Source: Carcharhinus amblyrhynchos
Taxonomy: Eukaryota
Assembly (NCBI GenBank): GCA_965287045.1
Contig: OZ336878.1
Span: 105,152,001-105,216,000 of the forward strand
Reading direction: 5' to 3'
DNA: 64,000 nucleotides
Position 1 is the first letter of the stretch. Each line of letters starts with the position of its first letter. This document shows positions 1 to 10,700 of this stretch, piece after piece. The position numbers were made by a program, and so were the translations under genes. The notes under the pieces were generated by a model that was not told the origin of the DNA, did no database searches, and worked only from the letters and a program-made list of their open reading frames with translations.

Positions 1-2530
1 CATATAGGTTAGGCAAATTAAATCAGCCACAATGACGGAGAGGAGGTTTTTCTTGAATTAAAGCTGGATGGGTGTGTCGAACAATGCCTTGAGGAAAAAT
101 GTAGTGGGGAGAAAATTCAAGGCCGAGTATGTTTGAACATTAAATGTATAATTGGCTATCTAGTTGTGTACGACCCATTGGAATGAGATATTATAACATA
201 ATTGAATTACTTCAAGATGTAAAGCGTTGTCGTTGATTCTGGTAATTGGGTCCTGAATCTTCATAAAGGAAACTGCAATAGAGACATGAGTTGGCTATGA
301 TTACAATGGGAGGCATTAATGAAATAGTTGGTAATGGATCGACAATGACAAACATTAAATCAGCGCATGTGTACCTTTAAACAGTTATTTGTTTCTCTCT
401 TTTGCAATAATTAAACTGCAACGTTGGCCAAAGCATGCTTACAAGAGAAAGTAAAGATACAATCAGGCCCAAGGGTGAGCCATATAAATTGGACAAAAAA
501 ATGCACCTAAGGGTTGAGGGCAGTTTATGATTCAGCAAAGAATCACCCAATGATTGAGTAAGAAGTGGAAAAAAAGTTCGACAGTAATATTTCTGGCAGC
601 GTAAAAGAACTCTCCATTCACCTGACGAAGAGGCTGTCCCCTCGAAAGCTAGTGAGAATATTATCAAATAAATAGTTTGGACTAAAACCTGGTGTTGGCA
701 GACTTTTTACAGCGTAAAAGATGACCGTGAAAGCCTTCATAGGTATGTGAGGAGACAAACATTGGTTAATGAAAAATCAATAACAGGAAAATTTATAATG
801 GAAATAAAATGGCTGATATAATCAATGCATTTTTTGAGTTTGTCTTCATAACGAAGGACACAAGTAAGATGCCAAAATGATGTGAACACAAGCCTTAGTG
901 AGAGGGTGGATATGAAGCAATTAGTTTGGGCAAATGTTAGAATTGAAGGACAATAAATCCAAACAGCCTGATAATCTCCAAGCCAGTGCACTTGAGGAAG
1001 TGTGTCGATGCACGTTAGATACATTTGTGGCCATCTTTCAAGATTGTGTAGACTCTGGAACAGTTACTTCAGATTGATGCATAGCTACTATAACCACTCT
1101 ACATTCAGGGGGAGATCGAGAGGAAACAGAACATTATAGACCAATACGTCGGTATTGTGGAACATTTCAAATATTTTATAGCAAAAGACTTGAAAAACAG
1201 TGGCAGAATTGGAGAGATCCTGTATGGAATAATTAAAGGGAAATCATGATTGATAAATGCACTGGACATTTTCGATAATACGCCTCTTAGAGGTGATAAG
1301 GTTGGGGAGGTGGGGGCGGAGGGGGGCGGCTGGGGCGGGCGCAGGGGCGGGGTGCGAGGGGCGGGCAGAGAGTGAATCGTTGCGACTTATTTGGACTTAC
1401 AGAAGGATCAAGCATATGGAATTCGGGTTGTGTATTGAAAACAAACATAAGTTGATTGGCAGAAGCCAAACAAATGGGAGGGATAAACGTTTTATTTTCC
1501 AAACGGCGGACAGTGCATAATGGGTGATTATAGGGACCATTGCTGTGAGTTCAGTATATTTACGCTGCCTTTTGCTGATCTAGATTGTTTCATTAATTGT
1601 ATAAGCTCCACATGTTCGGATGACAAAATCCGGGTGGGAGGGTAAGCTGTGAGAAGTATGCGGAGCTGCTTCTATGTGTTTTGGGCACATTACATGACTC
1701 GGCAAACGAATGGCAGGTGCAACATAATTTGGATAAAATTGTGGTTATTCTTGTTGGTAGCAAAAACAGGAAGACAGATTACTTCGTGAACGGCCTTGAA
1801 TTAGGAATGGATAATTTGTAAGAGGCCTGGGGGCCCTCGTGCACCAATGAGTCAAGATATGCATGCAGGTGATGCAGACAGTAAAATAGACAAATGGAAT
1901 GCTGACCTTCAAAACGAAAGGATTCGGAAGCAACAATTGAAATGTCTTGTTGCGAATATAGAGGGCCTTTTTGAGGCCACACCTTGAACACTATGTGTTA
2001 TTTTTGTCTCATTGTCTGAAAAAGGTATCCTTGTGGTAGACGAAATGCACAGTTGATTTTCTAGACTGATTACTGGGGGCGGCAACATTGACAATCCACG
2101 AGAGATTGTGTCGATTAGGATTTTATTCCCTGGAGTTGAGAATAATGAAGGGGGGTATGGTAGAAGCCTTTAAAGTTCTAACAAGAATGGAAACGTAGAT
2201 GCAGTAAGGATAGTCCCGATAGCTGCGCTGTCCAAAATCAGTGATCATTTTCTCATGGTGCAGGGTGAACTATTTAGCATTATGATGAGGCGAAATGTAT
2301 TCAGCCAGAATTATCAATCTATGGAATTGGCTATCACTGGAAGTAGTTGAGGCCAAAACATTGGACGTTATCAAGTAGCAGTCAGATATAGTAATTAAGG
2401 TGAACGGGCACAACGGAAATGTGGCAAGAAAGTATCAGGTTATGAAAATGCATTACCAGCCATAATCATAATAAGAAAGCTTGAAAGGCTTAATTCCCTT
2501 CGCCAGCTCCGATTTTCTCTGCTTGTATGT
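1..2530 (+). mobile_element. Old degenerate CR1/L3-type LINE, ORF2 (RT) through 3' end
   Basis: Frameshifted remnants collinear with the intact CR1 RT at 20720-22306 (GKS-L segment ~1235, DDTK-like segment ~1615, HLE-Y-V segment ~1975), ending in a CR1-like 3' tail ~2500-2530. Confidence 0.8.
597..721 (+). mobile_element. Short insertion (Penelope-like 3' fragment) with 12-bp target-site duplication
   Basis: Direct repeat CAGCGTAAAAGA at 597-608 and 710-721 flanks about 100 bp (cacctgacgaag...cgaaagctagtg...aataaa...cctggtgttg) that interrupts the CR1. Family call is from recalled similarity only. Confidence 0.65.
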
Positions 2531-2736
2531 TTGCAGAAATGTAAGTTACTTTTTTCTTCAAGACAATTCTGTGCAGACCGTTGCATATCGATAGTGACCA
2601 TGCAACTAGCTGGCTTTTAACGTCGTCGTTCCAAAAAATTACTTCTGTTCACACAGGGCATATTGCACACATTCCAAACAATCATCTGACAGTATTAATG
2701 AACTCACCGTCGTCTTTCAAATGTTTCTCCAATTCT

Positions 2737-2762
2737 AATAATAATAATAATAATAATAATAA
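2737..2762. repeat. (AAT)n microsatellite
   Basis: About 8 tandem AAT units. Confidence 0.95.
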
Positions 2763-3074
2763 AAAGTATCATCTTCATTAGGATCTTCTTGAACAGCGAG
2801 TCGTTCGTTGCGTTATCAATGAGTTAAAATAAAGTGACACGTTATGTGCTTTGTTTCCAAATTTGTCGATTGTATACCTTTACGTTTTGGCACAACTCTG
2901 AAAAAAAATCTCGCTGTTGTTTCCCTCAGTGCAGAGTATGACATCATATTTTTTTCTTTTTGCTTCCTTTCAATTCTTGGTGTTAAAGATTGTTGGAATG
3001 TTGTGGATGCCTCTACAATATGTTTAACCCGGTTCCTACTTTTGTTGTCAATCGCATCATACCTGAAACATAGC

Positions 3075-3240
3075 TGTCGTCCGGCTAGTCAGGATTAATT
3101 GATAAAGTCATCTGGCTGTCTTATAAAATGGGGTCCAGATGTTGTTATGTCATTTGTTCGTCTGGCTGGTTAGGATTAAGTGATAAACCCATCTGGCTCT
3201 CTTATAACTTGGGGTCCGGACGTTGTTACCTCATCGTTCT
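3075..3240. repeat. Tandem duplication, about 81 bp x2
   Basis: gtcgtccggctagtcaggattaattgataaagtcatctggctgtcttataaaatggggtccagatgttgtta is repeated as gttcgtctggctggttaggattaagtgataaacccatctggctctcttataacttggggtccggacgttgtta. Confidence 0.85.
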
Positions 3241-3589
3241 AGTCAATGTTTACCTTCCAGTTAACCAACCAAATTGAAAAAAAATAATAATTTTATTATC
3301 GCAGTGCACATCAAAACTGACCATGCATCTGGTTGTCCTTTTTTCACGTCGTCGTTCCAAAAAAAACCTCTGTTCACGCAGGGAATATTGCACACATTTC
3401 TCGGAGACTGTTGTGCACAAGGTGGTGCAATGCCAAAGAATACATTTGAACCCTGTGCTTTGCTGAAACGTGGTTGAAAAGTGATAACTGATTCGCCCGA
3501 ATTGGAGCAGTCCAGTCCGTTATGCATTGCATATTTGCCTCGGACAAACCATGTTTGTGACAGTGCGCGTATTTTAAATTAAAACTCAC

Positions 3590-3607
3590 CTTGGTATGTT
3601 CCTTCAT
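3590..3607 (-). CDS. Candidate first coding exon of a separate gene (MKEHTK, phase-0 donor)
   Basis: ATG AAG GAA CAT ACC AAG followed by a consensus donor AG|GTGAGT, just downstream of a CpG/GC-box-rich segment. It could instead be a non-coding first exon. Confidence 0.4.
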
Positions 3608-3659
3608 GCCTCTGGAACTGGACAATCTGCTGACCGCCTCACCCTCTTCCACTCCTTAA

Positions 3660-3835
3660 ATTCTGGGTGGAATTTTCCCGACATGTCTATCCGAGGTTCG
3701 TGCAATCCTTCCCAAGACCAAAGAAGAACGCCATTCTCCCAGCCTCTACCGCCCCCAGAACTGCGGCGGGCGTGCTTGTAAAATTCCGGCCTCTATGTCA
3801 CATTCTGTCAAGTGAAGTCCGTGGAAAAACGGTAA
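3660..3835 (-). promoter_or_regulatory. Putative promoter/5' region with GC box, ETS-like and kappaB-like motifs
   Basis: CCGCCC at 3749-3754, GGCGGGCG at ~3765, TTCCGG at ~3784, GGGAAAATTCC (minus) at 3669-3679; locally raised CpG in an AT-rich background. Confidence 0.4.
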
Positions 3836-4149
3836 CAATTCCCGAATATAATTTCTGATCATTATTTTCCTCAATGCGTGCGCTGTATAGGGATTAACTT
3901 CAAAACCTCGGCTGCTTCAACTCTGTAAAAAAAGAACAATTTTGCTTTCTGCATGTGATCAGATCAAACTCATAGTTTGCCATAGTTTCATACTCGCTGA
4001 CTCCCCAGTATGTATTGCTTTCGAATTCACTTTTTCACCACAACTAGCCTCGCTACTCGAAAATGATCAATAGCAGTTAACACAATTTCGGAATATTTCC
4101 ATGCATCGCTCCAGTCCCAAATTCAGGTCAAAACAGAACAGAAATGATG

Positions 4150-4450
4150 AAGGGTATTTATTAGTTACAAGTGGGCTTAAATTAACACTGTAATAAAGTT
4201 AATGTGAAAATCCCACTGTCACCATATTCTGGCGCCTGATCGGATATATTGAGCGAGATTTTTGTTTGGCTGGCCAATTCACCTAACTGGAACACCTTTC
4301 AACGGTGGGAGGAAACCGGAGCACAAGGAGGAAACCTACACAGAGACGGTAAGAACGTGTAGAAACCCACACAGACACGGCGAGAAAGTGTAGACTCCAC
4401 AGAGACAGCAACACCATCCGAGAATCGAACCTAGCACTGTGAGGCAGCAG
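4150..4450 (-). mobile_element. tRNA-derived SINE (V-SINE/HE1-like)
   Basis: Characteristic gtgggaggaaaccggagcac...gaggaaacc...cacagacacgg...actccacagagac...gaatcgaacc...cactgtgaggcagcag core with an internal duplicated unit. Confidence 0.8.
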
Positions 4451-5088
4451 TTCATGCGGCAAAATGTGGAATAAATGAACTCAATATCAAAACATCCAGA
4501 ATTATCTCACATGGCCAACTCCCTTGCCTTTTAGCATTCCATTAAAATAATACCAGTGGTCTCCGAATCTCTGAAAGGTACCTTCATTTTTAGATTGTGT
4601 GTTTGAGCCACAATACGCTGTCTAACATATCCCTCTCCCCAAGAGAGATCCCTTATTTTAATTTTCGTAGTTTCAAATCATGAATGGTACGCTGATCTAC
4701 TCAAGTGCCAGGTCTGAGTGGTCAATGGCAAACACTGTATCATTCAACTACTCCCATCTCAACTTAGTTTCCGGCTTCATTTCGTATCCTTACAACTCAG
4801 TTTCTTTCAGTTGTAATAACGATTATTTTCTCCACATATCTCCCCTATTATACCCCTGCCTTATGTTAATTGATACGAAGCACATTAATACTCTGGCTCT
4901 TTGTCCGCACAGTGACTAGCCCTGGCAAAGTTTAGTTGAAGACTCTTCCAGTGGTATACCGCTGCCATCTTGCTGACTTACTGTGCAGTCACCATCAAGT
5001 TACAGGCGATTGTTTCCTTCCAGACAGTTAAGCAAACATTAGTTCCCAGTGTCATTTATTTGGGTTCAGTTTTGGCATGCCTCAATGA

Positions 5089-5141
5089 TTATGCTCCCTG
5101 AGTTTTTGTTTTCTGACGTAGTGTGTAGCTGCCCATAGTCC
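5089..5141 (-). CDS. Micro-exon gene, candidate terminal exon E15: (G)TMGSYTLRQKTKTQGA*
   Basis: Acceptor gttatttgtag, open in phase 1 to TAA at 5091-5089, with AATAAA about 30 nt downstream (5060-5055). Confidence 0.45.
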
Positions 5142-5157
5142 CTACAAATAACCTACT

Positions 5158-5825
5158 TATAAGAATATAAGAACATAAAAAATAGGGGCAGGGCTAGGGC
5201 ATCTAGACCTTCGAGTCTGCCCCAACATTCAATAAGATCATGGCTGATCTGAAGTGGATCAGTTCCACTTACCCACCTGCTCCCCATAACCCTTAATTCC
5301 CTTATCGATCAGAAATCTGTGTACCCGTGACTTAAACATTTCGAACGAGGCAGCCTCCACCACTTCATTGGGAAGAGAAATCCAGAGATTCACAACCCTC
5401 TGAGAGAAGAAGTTCCTCCTCAACTCTGTTCTAAACTGCGCCCCCCCACCCCTTATTTTGAGGCTGTGCCGTTTACTTCTGGTTTCCTTTCTAAGTGGAA
5501 AGAATCTCTCTACCTCTACCCTATCTAGCCCCTTCATTATCTTGTATGTATCTATAAGATCCCCCCTCAGCCTTCTAAACTCCAATGAATACAGTCCCAA
5601 TGTACTCAATCTCTCCTGATTAGCTAACCCCCTCATCTCCGGTATCAGCCTGGTGAACCTTCTCTGTACTCCCTCCAAGGCAAATATATCCTTTCGCAAA
5701 TAAGGGGCCAAAATTGCACACAGTACTCCAGTTCCAGCCTCAACAGTGCCTTGTACAGTTGCAGCAAGACCTTTCTGTTTTTATATTCTATTCCCCTCGC
5801 GATAAAGGCCAACATTCCATTCTTG
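5158..5825 (-). mobile_element. Young 5'-truncated CR1 LINE (3' end)
   Basis: ORF 5259-5711 (LEGVQRRFTRLIP...LYSLEFRRLRGDLI...RRNFFSQRVVNLW) plus 3' UTR and TTCTTATG-like tail; closely similar to the copies at 20630 and 57541. Confidence 0.95.
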
Positions 5826-5853
5826 GCTTGTCAAGAAGACTTGTCAGGCTTAC

Positions 5854-5877
5854 CTAAGTCGTAGGTAGATGTTTGCA
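5854..5877 (-). CDS. Micro-exon E14 (24 nt, phase 1-1): (V)QTSTYDL
   Basis: Donor AG|GTAAGC; weak acceptor ggatttag. Length and its 759-nt distance from E13 match the fourth exon of the other cassettes. Confidence 0.5.
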   Translation of the reverse strand, partial: CKHLPTT

Positions 5878-6636
5878 CTAAATCCCTGGACCCTACTAAA
5901 CACTGGCACCAGACGAGCAACACAGTCATCTGTGCAATTATACAGTTTTATAATTCATCCGAATTGTTCTACTTCAGGTCAGAATGTTCAGGTGTTCTGG
6001 AGCAGAGAACATCTGGTGCCTGTTTTGAATTTGCTGTTGGAAATCATTAGTCACTAGTTCGTGGAATCTGCAGCTAATTTACATTGTGGATTTGATATCA
6101 GAATAATTTCTGGTAACTCCAGTAATCCAATGTAAGCTCTGGACAATGTTCAACTAATTCTAATCCAACTAACGAAGAAAGTTTTGCCTGCTGCTGTGAT
6201 ATGTGGATATGCAACACAGTACGTTTCTCCTGAATTATTAGTATTGGCAAAATAGACATTCATCTTGGAGATTTCTGGGCTCATTGCCGTTGTCGATTTG
6301 GTTGTAATACGTGTAACATCCGCCAAGATTACTAATTAACCACTCAGCAAGTCTGTGAGTTACCTGGCCACTTACGATAATTGGAAATAATGAATGTCCG
6401 CCTTTTTAACAATGCTCATGAAAGAAATGCGTACTTCAAAGCACACTGTGTTTAGTTGCAGCCTGAATAGCTCGCTCGACACTGGGTCATCAGGAAACTA
6501 CAGTTTCAGCATTGTCTTCTGATTGTTTTTAGCATTTGTGATCAAGTTCTGAATGGGACTTCAATTTTAAAAATAATAACTCACACATGCGAATACGGTC
6601 ACATTGACAACGGCAGATATTAGTGCACTTTCTTAC

Positions 6637-6663
6637 CTGCTTCTTTTTGGCGGATTACGCTTT
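6637..6663 (-). CDS. Micro-exon E13 (27 nt, phase 1-1): (E)SVIRQKEA
   Basis: atatttgcag|AAAGCGTAATCCGCCAAAAAGAAGCAG|gtaaga; ends in KEA like E5. Confidence 0.75.
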
Positions 6664-6714
6664 CTGCAAATATATTTAATAAAGACTGTTACCGATAATG
6701 TGCGAGGTATAAGC

Positions 6715-7660
6715 ATACATAGACATCGAAACACACAATTTGATCTGTCAAGCCCTCTACGAATTATAGTTCGACCATGATTGATCATCCTTTCCATCAC
6801 CATTTTCTGGAATTACCTCCATATCCCTTGATTTCAGTGGTATCCAGAAATCTATAGATTTCCTGACCAATTCTTAAACATTGAGATTCCATAACCACTT
6901 TGGCTGCACATTCCGAAGATTCATGAACCCTTCAGTGAACGCATTCATCCACATTTCAGCCCTAAACTGCTTGCTATCATTTCAAGTTTTTTTTTCCATC
7001 TTCTAATCTGTTAATCGCTTCTAATTACATCGAGTGGACAATTGTCATTAACATTTCAATCATGTCACGCACTGTATGGATTATGCAAGTTTAACGAATA
7101 TCATGTTCCATCCCTCTAGAGTACATTTTCTCTAATCCCATCTCATCACAAAATGACGCCTTTCTAAGGATTCATTTGATGAAATATTGCCAAATCCCCT
7201 TTGTGCAATATAGCAATATATATAGTCACATCAAATAGCTAAAACTGTACAAAGTATTCATGATGCATTCTTTCAAGCACAGAGAAAAAAAAATAACCCA
7301 TTAATGTTCTTACAGAACTGTGAACCACTTGAGTTGAAGGATAACGCACCGAGAGTATTTGTGTGTGTGTTTTTTTTTGCTGTAGTTGTATGCCTACTGT
7401 GAGTCACACATGGACAATGTCACCCTGCTCCCATTGGATTGTAGTCCTTCGCAACGGCGTGGAATTTAAAGTAAAGTCTTACTTTGTCTTTCCTCCAGAA
7501 AACTGGGTGAAATCATGTTTGTTCGCAGAATCTCCCATCTGACATGCTCTGATCCCATGACTTAGATTGTGAAGTTAACATTGATTCTCCATTGCATTGT
7601 TCTTGTATCGTAAATTTCGTACTTTTATCACGAGAAAATATTGAAATAAAACACCTGATA
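6715..7660 (-). mobile_element. Old degenerate CR1 3' fragment
   Basis: Decayed similarity to the 3' UTR and RT C-terminus of the young CR1 copies. Confidence 0.65.
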
Positions 7661-7989
7661 CAACTTTTAAAATAAATCACATTATGTGATGAGCAGCGGG
7701 CCCAAGTGCTGATCCTTGCCGGACAGATATTCATTCTGAGAATGAATAATTTATTACTACTCTGCTTTCTGTCTTTTCAAAGATTCAAAAAAAAATCTCA
7801 CTTCAAACCCATGTTTATTGTGTCAGACGTTCTCAAATTTGAACTCCGTTTCAGAAATCCAATGGTATGTTCAATCAGGCCGCAGGATCAATTTAAGTGA
7901 CACAGTTAAATGCAAAATAAACATTGTTACTTCAACGTTCTAAACATTACGATTTCCTTTATGGAATTCATGAAATTCCGCGTTATAAA

Positions 7990-10700
7990 GCCACAGAGTC
8001 CTGAAGCTACAAAGCACGGATTCTGGCCTTTCAGTTCAATTGGCCATTCTTTCCATAATGCAATCCCAGCCAATCCTATTTTTCTGCACTTGGCCCACAT
8101 CCCTCTAATTGTTTCCCAAGCGTATAAGTATCCAAATGCTCTTTAAATATTGCTACTGGACCTCCCTCAACCACTTTCTCTGGCAGCTCAGTCGATATAC
8201 ACAGCATTCTTTGTGTGTAGCATGGATTTAGTGCGTAGTAGTTTGTTACATACGGTTAAATCTCAAGTGATCCAGGGCAAGGTATCTAAATGGATACGAA
8301 ATTGGCTCCTTGACTGAAGCCAGAAGGTGGTTGTGGAGGGTTATTTTTAAAGCTGGACGTCTGTTGTCAGCAATGTGTCTGAGGTATCAGTACTGGGTCC
8401 ACTGTTATTTGCCATTTATGTTAATTACTCGGATGAGTATATAGGAGGAATGATTAGTCAGTTTGCAGATGACCCCAAGATTGGTGGTGCAGTGAATAGT
8501 GAATGACATGTTCCCCGATTGTAACGGGATCTTGATTAATTGGGCCAAAGAGCTGAAGAATAGCAGAAGTAGTTTATTTTAGATAATTACAAGATGATGC
8601 ATTTTGGTAGATTGAATTTGGCCAGGAATTACTCGGTTAATGGCAGGGCGTTGGGAAGAGTTACAGACCAAATGGACTGAGGGATACATGTTCATAATTC
8701 CTTGAAAGTGGAGTCACAGGTGGACAGAGTGGTGAAGAATGCATTCAGCATGTTTGATCTCATTGGTTAAAATATTGAATACTGGATTTGGGATCTCTTG
8801 TTGAAGTTATACGAGGCATTGGGAAGGCCGCATTTGGAATACTGTGTACAGTCCTGGTCACCTTATTACAGAAAGAATGATATTATCAAACAAGAAAGAG
8901 CACAAATAAGGTTTGCTTGCATGCTACTGGGACTTGATGGTTTGAGTTATAAGGAGAGGTTGGATAGACAGAGAATTTTTCCTCTGAGCACAGAAGGCTG
9001 AGTGATGATCTTCTAGAGGTCTATGAAATAATGAGGGGCAGAGATCAGCGAGATGTCAATATTTTCCCCGAAGGTAGGGAAGTCTGAAACTAGAAGGCAG
9101 AGGTTTAAGGTGAGAGGGGAAAGATATAAAAGTGCCCAGATTGGCATTTTTTCACACAGTGGGTGGGGATTGTCTGGAACAAGGTGCTAGAGGTAGTATA
9201 GAGGGGGGTATTTTTTTTAACGTTTAGAAAGACAAATGGGTAAGATTGGTATGGAGGGGCATTGGCCAAATGCTGGCAATTCGGATTAGTTTAGGGTTTA
9301 AAAAGCATGGACAAGTTGGACCGAACGGTCTGTTTCCATGAAATAAACTTCTGTGACTCTATAAATCAGTTGCCCCTCAAACCCTATCACTATTGTCTCC
9401 CCTCACCTTAACCCTATGCCGTAAGGTTTTCATTGTTTTCTTTCCTCAGGCAATGATGACGTGCTTCCATCCTGTCTATGTCCCTCATCATTTTATACAT
9501 GGCAGCAAGATCACTACCCATTTCCCTTCATTTCAAGGAATAAAGTCCGAAATTAGCCAAACACTCGCTATATCTCTGGCCCACTTGTCCTAGCAAAATC
9601 TTCGTTGACCAGTGGCTTCCATATTACAGAGTGCACACATCTGTGTTCCGCAGTCCAAGTTTGACATTAACAACGGCTTATACAACTACAACGTAATGTC
9701 TCAAATCCCACCTTCAATTCCCTGACTGTTGGGAGGTGGGGGGAGCGGTTTGCGAAACGCCTTCTTCACCTCCCTATCTAGCTGTGAGGCTGCTTCCATG
9801 AACTATGTAATTTTACTTCGTGGTCTTTGTGTTCCTCAACAAATCCCAAGGTGCTGCCATTCAGTATATCAGTTCTCTAGAGCTTGGCATTCCAAAATAC
9901 AACTGCTTACAAATATCTATATTTCAATCCACTTGTCAATACTTGGCTTACGTCCGTAACTGGTGATGGTTATTCTGCATTTTTTGATAAAATTCTTCAC
10001 TATCAACAAAGGTCCGAAGTTTGTATCATCTGCACAATTACCAACCAAGTCGAGTGTATTCACATCCAAATCATTAAATCAATACCAAATAACAAGGGTC
10101 TGAGCACCGAGCCCTAATACACACCACTAATCACTGTCATCAGTCCGAGAAATATATTTAAAAAATCCTCGACATTAATTTATTTTCCCAGCAGCAAGCC
10201 AATTTTAAATCGAATTAGCTAGCTGTTACTAGATCCCACGCCAGCTACTGTCCACACTAGCCTGACATGCGGAACCTTGGCACAGGCTTGCTTAAGTCCA
10301 AGTAGAAAACTCTCATATCTTCACCCACCCTCTTGGTCACCTTTTCGAAAATCTCGAAAAGGTTAAGCAGACATGATTTCCCACTCACAAAGCCTTGTAA
10401 ACATTGACTATTCAAATGTTGGTAGTTCGTGTCCCCAGACTTAGTTAAGTCACTTAACCAACACTGAAATCAGGTTTACAGGGCTGTAATTCCCTGGCTT
10501 ATCTTTGCTACACTTCTATAAGAAAGGAAAGAACAAAACATTAGCCATCCTCTAGTCTTCGAACCTTTTACCAGTGGAACCGAGAAACAAATATCGGCCT
10601 CTGCAAATTCTTACCTCGCCTCCCAGAGGTTCTAAGGATGCACTTGATCATGCCCAGGTGAATTATCCACGTGAGTGCGTTTTAATGTGCAAATGCCTCC
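7990..10700 (-). mobile_element. Degenerate CR1 LINE, split by a nested opposite-strand CR1
   Basis: Minus-strand 3' end at 7990-8215 resumes at ~9365 and continues through RT-like sequence (ADD motif, plus strand tcatctgc at ~10026) to ~10700. Confidence 0.65.
8220..9362 (+). mobile_element. 5'-truncated CR1 LINE nested in the above
   Basis: SVLGPLLF, FADDPKIGG and LYEALGRPHLEYCVQSWSPYYRK (ORF 8798-9001) motifs and 3' tail gactctat. Confidence 0.9.

Noticed and set aside
3075-3240. CRISPR-like or other prokaryotic array
   Set aside because: Only two tandem units with no spacers, in a eukaryotic repeat-rich context.
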